Positions 29,902-39,773 of a stretch of 64,000 nt of DNA are shown here, piece by piece. The translations under genes and the position numbers were made by a program. Under the pieces are notes generated by a model, which saw nothing but the letters and a program-made list of their open reading frames with translations, did not search any database and was not told the origin of the DNA. Source of the DNA: Minisyncoccota bacterium (lineage in GTDB: Bacteria; Patescibacteriota; Minisyncoccia; UBA6257; GWB1-50-10); the NCBI GenBank assembly GCA_040880505.1, contig JBBDIH010000212.1, forward strand, positions 22,751 to 86,750, written 5' to 3'. The number at the start of each line of letters is the position of its first letter. Position 1 is the first letter of the stretch.

Positions 29902-30015
29902 ATGAAAGTTAGAGCTTCAGTAAAAAAAATTTGCAAAGACTGCAAAATAGTCAGAAGAAAAAGAAGGGTTTATGTTATTTGTAAAAATCCTAAACATAAA
30001 CAAAGACAAGGATAA
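29902..30015 (+). CDS. rpmJ: 50S ribosomal protein L36 (not in ORF track)
   Basis: Translates to [37 protein letters not shown]. Confidence 0.98.
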   Translation: MKVRASVKKICKDCKIVRRKRRVYVICKNPKHKQRQG

Positions 30016-30029
30016 ATTAATTTAAATCA

Positions 30030-30413
30030 ATGAGAATTGTAGGTGTAAACATACCAGACGATAAAAAAATAAAAATATCTCTATCTTATGTATATGGAGT
30101 GGGGTTTTCTTCTGCGCAAGATATTTTAGAAGAAGCAGGAATTGATCCTGAAAAAAGAACAAAAGATCTTGATTCATCTGAAGTTAATAAAATACAATCT
30201 ATTTTAGATAAAAAATACAAAATAGGTGGTGAATTAAGGCAAGTAATAAAACAAAATATACAAAGATTAAAAGATATCAACAGTTATAAAGGAACTAGAC
30301 ATGCCAAAGGTTTACCTGTTAGAGGTCAAAGAACCAAAACAAACATGAGAACCAGAAAAGGTAATACTAGAAAAACTGCTGGTAGCGGTAAGAGAAAAAT
30401 AGAATTGAAATAA
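30030..30413 (+). CDS. rpsM: 30S ribosomal protein S13
   Basis: RIVGVNIP, GLPVRGQRTKTN. Confidence 0.98.
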   Translation: MRIVGVNIPDDKKIKISLSYVYGVGFSSAQDILEEAGIDPEKRTKDLDSSEVNKIQSILDKKYKIGGELRQVIKQNIQRLKDINSYKGTRHAKGLPVRGQRTKTNMRTRKGNTRKTAGSGKRKIELK

Positions 30414-30420
30414 TATATAT

Positions 30421-30876
30421 ATGGGCAAAAAACAAATTGTAGAAAAAACTAAAGAAGAAGTAGTAAAAGAAGCAAAAGCTATAGAAGAAAAGAGCGCTAA
30501 ACAAGCCAGCAAGACTGTTAGAAAAGCAAAATCTAAGAAAGGCAGAGTTTATATAAAAGTCTCATATAATAATACTTTTGTTTCGGTAACTGATGAGGAA
30601 GGTAAAATGATAGCCTGGATGACTGCTGGTTCATTAGGTTTTAATGGACCTAAAAAAGCCACTCCCTTTGCTGCTTCAAAGGTTGCAGAAGCTATAGCAG
30701 AAAAATTAAAGAAAACTGGACCTTTTACAGTTGATGTATTTATAAAAGGTATTGGAGGTGGAAGAGATTCTTCTGTAAAAACTTTATCTGCAAAAGGATT
30801 TGATATAACATCAATTACTGACATCACCCCGATTCCTCATAATGGACCTAGAGCAAGAAAACCAAGAAGAGTGTAA
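30421..30876 (+). CDS. rpsK: 30S ribosomal protein S11
   Basis: SYNNT, KKATPFAA, DITPIPHNG. Confidence 0.98.
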   Translation: MGKKQIVEKTKEEVVKEAKAIEEKSAKQASKTVRKAKSKKGRVYIKVSYNNTFVSVTDEEGKMIAWMTAGSLGFNGPKKATPFAASKVAEAIAEKLKKTGPFTVDVFIKGIGGGRDSSVKTLSAKGFDITSITDITPIPHNGPRARKPRRV

Positions 30877-30894
30877 TCAAAATAATTTTTAATT

Positions 30895-31509
30895 ATGTCT
30901 AGAAAAATAAAAGAAAAAAAAGAAAGAGCACTAGGAGAAAAACTTTTCTTAAAACCAGAAAGGTGTAATTCACATAAATGTGTAATGATTAGAAGACCCT
31001 ATGGTCCTGGTCAACACGGACAGAAAAGAAAGAAAAGACCATCAGAATATGGAAGACAACTACAAGAAAAACAAAAGATACAAATTGTTTATGGTTTAAC
31101 TAACAATCAAATGGAAAACATTTTTAGAAAATACTCTGGTCAGCCTGATAAGATAGTTTCTACTTTAGAAAAAAGATTAGATAGAGTTGTTTTTCTTTTA
31201 GGAATAGCAGGAGCACCAAGAGTTTCTAGGCAGTTAGTTTCTCATGGACACATTATGGTAAATGGAAGAAAAATGACAATCCCTTCTTATCAAGTTGAAG
31301 AGGGTGATGTAGTTTCAATTAGACCACAATCTAGAAAAATCCAAATGTTTGAAGATTTAGGTGACACATTAAAGAAACATAAAACACCTGAATGGTTAGA
31401 AATGAATGCAGATGCAGATAAGGAAGAAGGAAAATGTATTGGAGAACCAACAGAGGATGCAATTCATCCTTTTGATATTAATTTGGTCGGTGAATTTTAC
31501 AACCGTTAA
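30895..31509 (+). CDS. rpsD: 30S ribosomal protein S4
   Basis: PGQHG, SEYGRQLQEKQK, LEKRLD, RQLVSHGH. Confidence 0.98.
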   Translation: MSRKIKEKKERALGEKLFLKPERCNSHKCVMIRRPYGPGQHGQKRKKRPSEYGRQLQEKQKIQIVYGLTNNQMENIFRKYSGQPDKIVSTLEKRLDRVVFLLGIAGAPRVSRQLVSHGHIMVNGRKMTIPSYQVEEGDVVSIRPQSRKIQMFEDLGDTLKKHKTPEWLEMNADADKEEGKCIGEPTEDAIHPFDINLVGEFYNR

Positions 31510-31530
31510 TAAATCGTTTAAATTACAATA

Positions 31531-32340
31531 ATGAAATATTCATACTTAAGTGATAGTGTAAAGGTAAAAAAAGTTGAAGAAAAAGGAAATAGAGGAGAGT
31601 TTCACATAGAAGGACTTTATACTGGTTATGGAGTTACAATAGCTAATTCCTTACGTAGAGCCTTACTTTCTTCTCTTCCGGGTGCTGCTATTTCACAAAT
31701 AAAAGTAAAAGGCGTAAAACATGAGTTTTCTACAATTCCTGGAGTAGTGGAAGATATGGTTGAATTTATCTTAAATTTGAAAAAAATTAGGTTTGAATTT
31801 AATGCTGATGAACCTCAAGTTTTAAAACTAAAAGTAAAAGATGCTAAAGAGATTAAGGCAGGAGATATTGAGTCAACTACTTTAGTGGAAGTTGTTAATA
31901 AAGATCTAGTAATAGCACATCTTTCTAGCAAAAAAAGTTCTTTAGAAATGGAAGTAACAGTAGAAAAGGGATTAGGTTACGTACCTGCTGAAAATAGAAA
32001 ATCAGAAAGATTGCCAGTAGGAACAATTATGCTAGACTGCATTTTTTCACCTATAGTTAATGTTGAATTTGATGTTGAAAACATGCGTGTTGGTGAAAGA
32101 ACAGACTATAATAAAATCAAAATAATTATAGAAACAGACGGATCTATAACTCCTAGTAGTGCATTACAAAAATCAACAAATATTTTAAGAGATCATTTTC
32201 TAAAGATATTTGAGGGCAGCGGTGGAAAGATTAAAGAATCTAAAGAAAAAGATGAATCTTCATCAGATGAAGATTCAGATGACAAGAAAGAGAAGAAAAC
32301 AAAAACAACAAAGAAAAAGAAAAAGAAACCTAAGAAATAA
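31531..32340 (+). CDS. rpoA: DNA-directed RNA polymerase subunit alpha (NTD only, no alpha-CTD)
   Basis: GYGVTIANSLRRALLSSLPG, HEFSTIPGVVED, RVGERTDY; ends in an acidic/Lys-rich tail. Confidence 0.97.
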   Translation: MKYSYLSDSVKVKKVEEKGNRGEFHIEGLYTGYGVTIANSLRRALLSSLPGAAISQIKVKGVKHEFSTIPGVVEDMVEFILNLKKIRFEFNADEPQVLKLKVKDAKEIKAGDIESTTLVEVVNKDLVIAHLSSKKSSLEMEVTVEKGLGYVPAENRKSERLPVGTIMLDCIFSPIVNVEFDVENMRVGERTDYNKIKIIIETDGSITPSSALQKSTNILRDHFLKIFEGSGGKIKESKEKDESSSDEDSDDKKEKKTKTTKKKKKKPKK

Positions 32341-32343
32341 AAC

Positions 32344-32694
32344 ATGAGGCATTTAAAGAAAGGTAGAAAATTTGGAAGAAAAAGAGGTCAAAGGAGGGCC
32401 TTTATGAAAATTTTAGCTAACAATCTTGTTCAGCATGGTTCTATTATGACTACAGAAGCAAGAGCAAAAGAGTTAAGACCATATATAGAAAAACTAGTAA
32501 CAAAAGGGAAAAAACAAGACCTTCAAGGACTAAGATTGCTTTTAAAAGTTTTGCCTAAGGATGCTGCTTATAAATTATTTAATGAAATAGCTCCAAAATA
32601 TCAAGACAGAAATGGAGGTTATACAAGAATAATTAAACAAACAGAAAGAAGAGTACAAGATGGATCTAAAAAAGCTAAAATAGAATTTGTATAA
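32344..32694 (+). CDS. rplQ: 50S ribosomal protein L17
   Basis: MRHLKKGRKFGR, TTEARAKELR, RNGGYTRI. Confidence 0.98.
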   Translation: MRHLKKGRKFGRKRGQRRAFMKILANNLVQHGSIMTTEARAKELRPYIEKLVTKGKKQDLQGLRLLLKVLPKDAAYKLFNEIAPKYQDRNGGYTRIIKQTERRVQDGSKKAKIEFV

Positions 32695-32698
32695 AATC

Positions 32699-33055
32699 AT
32701 GCAAAAAGAACATATAATAGACGCAAAAAATAAAAAATTAGGTAGAGTAGCATCTGAAATAGCTATTTTACTACAAGGAAAACATGATCCTTCATATGAT
32801 CCTCGTTTAGCAAGTAATAATAAAGTTATTGTTAAAAATATAAAAGATATAAAAGTTTCTGGTAATAAATATGATGAAAAAATTTATTACAGACACAGTA
32901 CTAGGGTTGGTTCTTTGAAGAAGAAGAAATTTTCAAAAATATTTGAAGAAGATCCTTCATGGGTATTGAAACATGCGGTTAGACTAATGTTGCCAAAAAA
33001 TAAATTATCTAAGACCAGATTAAAGAATCTTAAAATAGAAGAATCAGAAAAATAA
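32699..33055 (+). CDS. rplM: 50S ribosomal protein L13
   Basis: IIDA...LGRVASEIA.LL.GKH, K.YYRHS, MLPKNKL. Confidence 0.97.
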   Translation: MQKEHIIDAKNKKLGRVASEIAILLQGKHDPSYDPRLASNNKVIVKNIKDIKVSGNKYDEKIYYRHSTRVGSLKKKKFSKIFEEDPSWVLKHAVRLMLPKNKLSKTRLKNLKIEESEK

Positions 33056-33061
33056 ATAATT

Positions 33062-33556
33062 ATGCCAAAAACAAAAGTAACTAAGAAAACAAAAACAAAA
33101 AAATCACCTTCTGCTTCGTCTTCAGCAAAGACCGTGAAAGGACGCAGTAAAACTTCGACAGTCAAGAAAGATAAATATATAGAAAGTATCGGCAGAAGAA
33201 AAACTGCAACCGCTAGAGTTAGAATTTATCCATCAGCTAAAAAGAAGGATTTTGTGGTTAATGAAAAATCTTTAGATGAATATTTTCCATCAAAAAGATT
33301 TATAGACACAGTTAAACAACCCTTTGAAGTTGTTGATAATGAATTTGACGTTACTGTTCAAGTTAAGGGTGGAGGAATAAATGCTCAATCTGAGGCTATT
33401 AGAATGGGGCTTTCACGTGCTTTAGTAGAAAACGATGAGGCATGGAAATCTAAATTAAAGGCTGCAGGTTACTTAACTAGAGATTCCAGAATGGTAGAAA
33501 GAAAGAAACCAGGACTTCGAAAAGCAAGAAGACCACAACAATGGAAAAAAAGATAA
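33062..33556 (+). CDS. rpsI: 30S ribosomal protein S9 with N-terminal extension
   Basis: GRRKTATARVR, GGG, LTRD.RMVERKKPGL.KAR. Confidence 0.98.
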   Translation: MPKTKVTKKTKTKKSPSASSSAKTVKGRSKTSTVKKDKYIESIGRRKTATARVRIYPSAKKKDFVVNEKSLDEYFPSKRFIDTVKQPFEVVDNEFDVTVQVKGGGINAQSEAIRMGLSRALVENDEAWKSKLKAAGYLTRDSRMVERKKPGLRKARRPQQWKKR

Positions 33557-33582
33557 ACCCCCCTTGGGGTTTTATCTTTTTT
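33545..33582 (+). terminator. Intrinsic terminator after rpsI
   Basis: AAAAAAAGATAAACCCC cctt GGGGTTTATCTTTTTTT. Confidence 0.85.
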
Positions 33583-33671
33583 GGAGTTGTTGTGATGGAG
33601 GGGGTCGGGTTGGAAAAAGTTTCATCTTAATACTTGAATTTAAGGACTTCAAAGATTAAAGTAAATAAGAC

Positions 33672-34679
33672 ATGTTTGTAAGAAAACTAGGCATAGACCT
33701 AGGCACAACTAATACCTTAGTATTTCTTCCTGAAAAAGGAATAGTTATTAACGAACCAACAGCAGTTGCTCTACAAAAACCAGAAGGATCTGTTTTAGCG
33801 GTTGGAGCAGAAGCAAAAGAAATGGTAGGTAGAACACCAGATAATATAGTAACCTATAGACCTTTAAAAGAAGGAGTTATTGCTGATTACTATATAACTC
33901 AAAGAATGCTTAAATATTTTATTAGTAAAAGCTTAGGTTCTTTTAATTTTTTTAAACCAGATGTTGTTATATCTGTTCCTGCAGGAATAACCTCTACAGA
34001 ATACAGAGCTGTGATGAACGCTGCAAAAGAGGGTGGAGCCAGGGAGGTACATCTAGTAAAAGAACCTCTTCTTGCTGCGCTGGGCGCTGGGATTCCTATC
34101 CATTCTTCAGAGGGTAATATGATTGTGAATATTGGAGGAGGAACCACAGAAGTCGCCGTTATATCTTTAGGTGGCATAGTTGAGAGTTCTAGTTTGAGAG
34201 TTGCTGGTAATATATTTGATAAATCAATATCTGATTACATTAAGAAAAAATATAATTTAGCTATAGGAGAGACAACGGCAGAAAACATAAAAATAAATAT
34301 TGGTACTGCCATGTCTAATAAAGAAAAATTAGAAATGAAGATAAGAGGAAGAGATTTGGGTACGGGCTTACCAAAAGATTTAACTGTTAACTCTAATGAG
34401 GTAGCAGAAGCTATAAATTCTTATTTAGTAAAAATAGTAAATGAAGTACAGTCCGTGTTTAATGTAACTCCTCCAGAACTTGCAGCTGATATTATGGAGA
34501 AAGGCATAATTCTTTCAGGTGGCTCTTCACAGTTAAGAAATCTAGATGAGTTTTTCAAAAGAGCTTTAGGTGTACCGGCTTATATAGCTGAAGATCCTTT
34601 TTACTGCGTCTCTAAAGGAACAGCAACAATCCTTAATCATTTAGATGTTTATAAGAGAACACTATTAAATAAAAGATAA
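33672..34679 (+). CDS. mreB: Rod shape-determining protein MreB/Mbl paralog 1
   Basis: [41 protein letters not shown]. Confidence 0.93.
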   Translation: MFVRKLGIDLGTTNTLVFLPEKGIVINEPTAVALQKPEGSVLAVGAEAKEMVGRTPDNIVTYRPLKEGVIADYYITQRMLKYFISKSLGSFNFFKPDVVISVPAGITSTEYRAVMNAAKEGGAREVHLVKEPLLAALGAGIPIHSSEGNMIVNIGGGTTEVAVISLGGIVESSSLRVAGNIFDKSISDYIKKKYNLAIGETTAENIKINIGTAMSNKEKLEMKIRGRDLGTGLPKDLTVNSNEVAEAINSYLVKIVNEVQSVFNVTPPELAADIMEKGIILSGGSSQLRNLDEFFKRALGVPAYIAEDPFYCVSKGTATILNHLDVYKRTLLNKR

Positions 34680-34682
34680 TTT

Positions 34683-35447
34683 ATGGTATACGGTCATAAA
34701 GACAAGAAGGATTTCTTTATTGATTTGATAGAGCGTGATCAGCTAGGTCATGCTTATATTTTTTATGGAGATCCTGAAATAGGTAAGTTCCTTTTTTCTT
34801 TATGTCTTGCTAATTATGTAGAGGATAATGAATTTAAAAAAACAGAAAAACAATTTATAGATTCTATAATAATAAATCCAGAAGAAGACGAATCTATAGG
34901 AATTGAGGAATTAAGAGAATTTAAAAAAATCCTAAATAAAAAACCTTTAAAATCAAATAAAAGATTTGCTGTAATTAATAATTCTGAAAAAATGACTCCA
35001 CAAGCACAAGGGAGCATGTTAAAAATTGTTGAGGAGTCACCTCATCACACAACTTTTATATTTATTTCTTCTAATCCTAGAACTCTTCTAAAACCCTTGT
35101 ATTCAAGACTTTTTAAGGTCTATTTTGAAAGAATGAAAAAAGAAGAGATAGAGAGTATTCTTGAAAAAGATTTCAGTATAAAAAAAGAAAAAGCTAAAAA
35201 AATATCAAATGAATCTTTCGGCAGAATAGGTAGAGCTATAAATTATTTACAAAAAGAAAATAAAAATAAAAAAGAAGAATCTATAGAAAACTACATAGAG
35301 GATAAGATATTAAATCTTTATTACAAAAATAAAATAAAAAATTCACATAAATTAAAGTTGTTATTAAATAAAGAATCAGAAATTAAAAGGTTTAATTTAA
35401 ACCCAAAACTTCAAGAAAAAGTTATTAGAGAAATTATTAAAAAATAA
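34683..35447 (+). CDS. holB: DNA polymerase III delta' subunit-like protein
   Basis: HAYIFYG...GK, SIGIEELR, EKMTPQAQGSMLKIVEE, LL.PLYSR. Confidence 0.8.
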   Translation: MVYGHKDKKDFFIDLIERDQLGHAYIFYGDPEIGKFLFSLCLANYVEDNEFKKTEKQFIDSIIINPEEDESIGIEELREFKKILNKKPLKSNKRFAVINNSEKMTPQAQGSMLKIVEESPHHTTFIFISSNPRTLLKPLYSRLFKVYFERMKKEEIESILEKDFSIKKEKAKKISNESFGRIGRAINYLQKENKNKKEESIENYIEDKILNLYYKNKIKNSHKLKLLLNKESEIKRFNLNPKLQEKVIREIIKK

Positions 35448-36169
35448 TGAATACCTTTTTAAAATTATTAATAACTGCTGGCATAGCTTTTGGTGCTTAC
35501 ACTTTTATTGTAGACGGCAATATTATAGAAATTACTGATAGAATAGGCACAGTACCAGAAGACAAAAGTAACAACACTTTACTAGGATCTAATGATTTTA
35601 TTAATTTGAAAGAAAAGATAAAAGAATCAGATAGCTTCAAAGGAGAAATAACTTACCTAGAAGATCTTCAGGAAGAATTAGATAAGTTATCTGTAAACGA
35701 AATAAAAGATAATTTTGAAGATATAACAATCGATGATATTAAAGAAATAGGATTAAAAGATGTAGTTGATTTTGTAAAACCAGATAAAGATAAAGAAGAT
35801 AGAAACTTACCAGCAGAAAACCTATTTTCAGATAGTTTAAATGACTTACCGGATTTTACTTCAGCATGTTTTTCTACTTTTACTCAAGCATGCATTGCTA
35901 GTGATTGTAGTAATAAAACTCCTAACTCTTCTTTTACTCTTTTAAATAAAACAAATAAAAAAATATTTAAATGTGAGACAGATACTTGTATAGAAATAAA
36001 TGCCGAATATGAGGTGATTAATAATTTTGAAACTTATCAGCCAACACGTCCTGAAGGAATTATCATAAATAAAGAAATATCAAATGAATCAGACCAATCT
36101 TTATTTGTTGAAATTAGAGTCGAAGGAATGAGTACGGAATTAAATTATGGTTACTGCCTAGGACAATGA
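35447..36169 (+). CDS. Hypothetical exported/membrane-anchored protein with Cys-rich C-terminal domain
   Basis: Hydrophobic N-terminus, six Cys in the C-terminal half, translationally coupled to neighbours. Confidence 0.6.
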   Translation: MNTFLKLLITAGIAFGAYTFIVDGNIIEITDRIGTVPEDKSNNTLLGSNDFINLKEKIKESDSFKGEITYLEDLQEELDKLSVNEIKDNFEDITIDDIKEIGLKDVVDFVKPDKDKEDRNLPAENLFSDSLNDLPDFTSACFSTFTQACIASDCSNKTPNSSFTLLNKTNKKIFKCETDTCIEINAEYEVINNFETYQPTRPEGIIINKEISNESDQSLFVEIRVEGMSTELNYGYCLGQ

Positions 36170-36855
36170 TTGATATAGTTTTAAACAATTTTCCAACAGC
36201 TGATTTTGCTTTACTGATTATTTTATTTTTAGGAGCTTGGGAGTTTTGGAATCCTAGAGAAAAAGATAAGAAAAATCATTTAGATAACTATATTTTAACT
36301 AGTCTTTATTTTCTTTTCTTTGCTTTTATTATATTCATAACTTACTACGAAAGATTAACACCTTATTTTCAAGATTTTAGATTTCAACCACTCTTAATAC
36401 TAATTTTATCTTTTGTAGTATTTTTCTTTATTTATAAATTTTTTAAGTTAGTATTTGAAAAACCTAAAGACATAATTAAAAAATATCCAAGCGAATATTT
36501 TTTATACATGGATAATAGATATTTCTTTTCAAAGTCTTCTGATATAGTTTTTCAGCAAGTAGCCATTATCGCTATGGTAGACATGTTTAAAGATGCTGGC
36601 ATGGATTTATTTTTAATGATTATTTCTTTTGCTGTTGTGTTTGGCTTAATTCATATCCCACTAGTTAGAACGAAAGGTAGAGATTTTGGTGCTTACTTTA
36701 TTTTAGCGGCAATAATTTCTGCTATATTCTTTCCATTTTTAATTATTCAGTTTAATTATGGGTTTGTATATAGCTTTATAATTCACTGGCTTTTCTATAT
36801 ATTTTCTGGAATGTTGTTCTGGATTAAATATAATTTTAAATCAAAATCTCAATAA
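36166..36855 (+). CDS. Multi-pass membrane protein, possibly CPBP/Abi (CAAX protease-like) family
   Basis: Several TM helices; FGLIH and IHW His motifs, but the EExxxR motif is not intact. Confidence 0.5.
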   Translation: MIDIVLNNFPTADFALLIILFLGAWEFWNPREKDKKNHLDNYILTSLYFLFFAFIIFITYYERLTPYFQDFRFQPLLILILSFVVFFFIYKFFKLVFEKPKDIIKKYPSEYFLYMDNRYFFSKSSDIVFQQVAIIAMVDMFKDAGMDLFLMIISFAVVFGLIHIPLVRTKGRDFGAYFILAAIISAIFFPFLIIQFNYGFVYSFIIHWLFYIFSGMLFWIKYNFKSKSQ

Positions 36856-36912
36856 TTGCTTTAAAAACATCTTACATTTATACTGGAATAAAAGTTATGA
36901 ATAAGACATCTG

Positions 36913-37461
36913 ATGGACATAATATCTAATTTTAAAGAAAAGGCTCAAAAAGTAGAGGAAGCCTTAAAAAACGAATTAAAAAAAGTTAGAGCTAATAGAC
37001 CTAACGCTTCTTTAGTAGAAGATCTAATGGTTGATTATTATAATAATAAAACTCCCTTAAAACATTTAAGTTCTATAACTGTACAGCCTCCTAGAGAAAT
37101 ACATATTCAAGTATGGGATAAAGAGGCAATGAAGCCAGTACTTTCTGCTATAGATGGTTCTGATTTAGGTTTTTCCGCAAATACAGAAGGTGATGTTATA
37201 AGAATATTTTTGCCTGAACTTAGCCAAGAAAGAAGAGATGAATTAATTAAGAGCGTAAAGAAATCAATAGAGGAATTTAAGATTCAAGTTAGAAACATAA
37301 GAGACGAAGCAAAAAAAGATATAGACGAAGCATTTGATGATAGTGATATAAGTGAGGATGATAAGTTTAGAATGAGAGAAGAACTGCAAAAAGAAACAGG
37401 CACCATAAATAATAAAATAGATAAACTTTTAGAAGATAAGAAAAAAGAAATAGAACTATGA
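36913..37461 (+). CDS. frr: Ribosome recycling factor
   Basis: R.NRPN, V.YY...TPL, IQVWD, LSQERR, VRNIR. Confidence 0.95.
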   Translation: MDIISNFKEKAQKVEEALKNELKKVRANRPNASLVEDLMVDYYNNKTPLKHLSSITVQPPREIHIQVWDKEAMKPVLSAIDGSDLGFSANTEGDVIRIFLPELSQERRDELIKSVKKSIEEFKIQVRNIRDEAKKDIDEAFDDSDISEDDKFRMREELQKETGTINNKIDKLLEDKKKEIEL

Positions 37462-38519
37462 CAATAATTTTAGTAATAATAGCCCTTTCACTTTTAATAC
37501 TCGTTCATGAAGCGGGACATTTTTTTGCTGCAAAAATGTTTGGAATAAAAGTTACAGAGTTTGGCATTGGCTTTCCACCAAAACTTTTTAGTAAAAAAGT
37601 AGGAGAAACAGAGTATAGTATTAATCTTCTACCTTTTGGTGGTTTTGTTAGGATTTTTGGAGAGGACGAGGAATCTATAAAGGAAGTAGATGAAAAAGAG
37701 AAAAAAAGAGCTTTTGTAAATCAAAAGACTTGGAAAAAATCTGTAGTTATATTAGCTGGAGTCATAATGAATATATTTCTTGCTTGGATACTTTTATCTT
37801 CTGTTTTTATGATAGGGGCAGAATCTCATTTAGGTGTTAGTAATGTTTCAGAAAATTCTCCTGCAATGTTAGCCGGCATTGAAGCTGGAGACATGATAAC
37901 GGAAGCTAGGGCAGGTGAAGAAGCATTAACTGATCCAATATCAGTTGAAGAATTTATAAGTTTTGCAGAACAAAATATTACAGAAGAGATTAATTTATCA
38001 ATCTTAAGAGGAGAACAGGCTATCAATGTTTCTTTAATGGGAAGAGAAAACCCTCCAGAAGGAGAGGGTAGTATAGGAATTGCTTTAGTTGATGCGGGTT
38101 TTGAAGAAATGGGATTTTTTAAAGCTATTATTGAAGGATTAAATTATACTTGGCAAAGTTTAGTTTTAATATTTTCAAGTTTTGTTACTTTAATAGTGGG
38201 ATTATTTACTAGTTCTGGAGCAGCAGAAAACCTTACTGGTCCGGTTGGTATATTTGTGATAGCAAAAGATGCTGCTGGATTAGGATTAATTTATTTGTTT
38301 CAATTAACCGCTATTATATCTCTGAATTTAGCGATTTTAAATTTAATACCTTTCCCAGCTTTAGATGGTGGTAGATTTCTGGTTATATTAGCAGAAAAAA
38401 TAAAAGGATCTGCTATTTCAACAAAAGTTCAAGCTGGTATTAATACTTTTGGGTTTATATTACTTCTACTTCTTATGATTTTTGTTACTATAAAAGATAT
38501 AGGCAGGTTTATACTTTAA
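37458..38519 (+). CDS. rseP: RIP metalloprotease RseP (M50 with PDZ domain)
   Basis: HEAGH, FGIGFPP, LPFGGFV, GPVGI, NLIPFPALDGG. Confidence 0.93.
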   Translation: MTIILVIIALSLLILVHEAGHFFAAKMFGIKVTEFGIGFPPKLFSKKVGETEYSINLLPFGGFVRIFGEDEESIKEVDEKEKKRAFVNQKTWKKSVVILAGVIMNIFLAWILLSSVFMIGAESHLGVSNVSENSPAMLAGIEAGDMITEARAGEEALTDPISVEEFISFAEQNITEEINLSILRGEQAINVSLMGRENPPEGEGSIGIALVDAGFEEMGFFKAIIEGLNYTWQSLVLIFSSFVTLIVGLFTSSGAAENLTGPVGIFVIAKDAAGLGLIYLFQLTAIISLNLAILNLIPFPALDGGRFLVILAEKIKGSAISTKVQAGINTFGFILLLLLMIFVTIKDIGRFIL

Positions 38520-38531
38520 ATTTCATTAAAT

Positions 38532-39773
38532 ATGAGACAATCTGATATTTTTCTAAAAACAAAAAAAGAGTTTCCTAAAGATGAGGTTGCTACTAATGCA
38601 AAATTATTAATAAAAGCTAATTACATTGTTAAGTTAATGGCTGGGGTTTACTCTATGCTTCCACTAGGCTTAAGAGTAAAAAGAAAAATAGAAAATATTA
38701 TAAGAGAAGAAATGAATTCTATTGGTAGTAATGAGGTTTTATTACCTGCTCTTCACCCTAAATCAATATGGGAAATTACTGGCCGTTGGGATGAATTGTC
38801 TGATGTCATGTATAAATTTAAAGATAACACGGGAAAAGAATTTGGTTTAGGAGCAACACACGAAGAGATATTAACTGATGCTGTAAAAAATAATGTAAAT
38901 TCTTATACAGATTTACCTTTTTCTCTTTATCAAATTCAAAACAAGTTTAGAAGTGAAGAAAGAGCAAAATCAGGATTACTTAGAGGTAGGGAATTTACCA
39001 TGAAAGATCTTTATAGTTTTCATGAAGATGAAAAATCTTTGTCTGAATTTTATGACAAAGTAAAAGAAACTTACTTAAATATTTTTAAAAAAGTTGGTTT
39101 GGGTGATATAACGTATTTTACTTTTGCTTCTGGAGGTAGCTTTTCTAAGTACTCTCACGAATTTCAGACTTTATCTGAAGTAGGAGAAGATACAATATTT
39201 ATTTGTGATGATTGTAGAATAGCTATAAACAAAGAGATAATAAATGACCAAAATACTTGTCCAGAGTGTAATAATAAAGATTTAAGAGAAGAAGCCTCAA
39301 TAGAGGTCGGTAATATATTTAAACTAGGCACTAGATTCAGCGAAAAGATAGGGTTAAATTATTTAGATAGTGATGGCAAATCAAACCCTGTTGTTATGGG
39401 TTCTTACGGCATAGGAATTGAAAGATTAATGGGTACAGTTGTTGAAACTAGTAATGATGAAAACGGTATAATTTGGCCTGAATCAATCGCTCCATTTAAA
39501 GTACACCTCCTTTTGGTTGGTAATCCGTCAGGTGAATTAAAAGAAAAAACTGATAATATATATAAAAAGTTATTAGATAATAATATAGAAGTTCTTTATG
39601 ATGATAGAGACATACAACCTGGTGAAAAGTTTTATGATTCTGATATTATAGGCATACCTTGGAGATTGGTTGTAAGTAATAAAACTATAGAAAAATCAAA
39701 AATAGAGGTTAAAAAGAGAGCAGAAGATAAAACTTCTTTAATAACAATTGAAGAATTTATAAAAAATATATGA
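38532..39773 (+). CDS. proS: Proline--tRNA ligase (short form, no INS editing domain)
   Basis: GATHEE, YQIQNKFR.E.R.KSGLLRGREF.MKD.YSF, MGSYGIGIER. Confidence 0.96.
   Translation: MRQSDIFLKTKKEFPKDEVATNAKLLIKANYIVKLMAGVYSMLPLGLRVKRKIENIIREEMNSIGSNEVLLPALHPKSIWEITGRWDELSDVMYKFKDNTGKEFGLGATHEEILTDAVKNNVNSYTDLPFSLYQIQNKFRSEERAKSGLLRGREFTMKDLYSFHEDEKSLSEFYDKVKETYLNIFKKVGLGDITYFTFASGGSFSKYSHEFQTLSEVGEDTIFICDDCRIAINKEIINDQNTCPECNNKDLREEASIEVGNIFKLGTRFSEKIGLNYLDSDGKSNPVVMGSYGIGIERLMGTVVETSNDENGIIWPESIAPFKVHLLLVGNPSGELKEKTDNIYKKLLDNNIEVLYDDRDIQPGEKFYDSDIIGIPWRLVVSNKTIEKSKIEVKKRAEDKTSLITIEEFIKNI

Noticed and set aside
33593-33615. G-rich stretch whose reverse complement (TTCCAACCCGACCCCCTCCATCA) loosely resembles a tRNA/tmRNA 3' end or att site
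   Set aside because: The T-loop is non-canonical, no cloverleaf or 5' half is present, and no integrase is nearby; too short to support a call.
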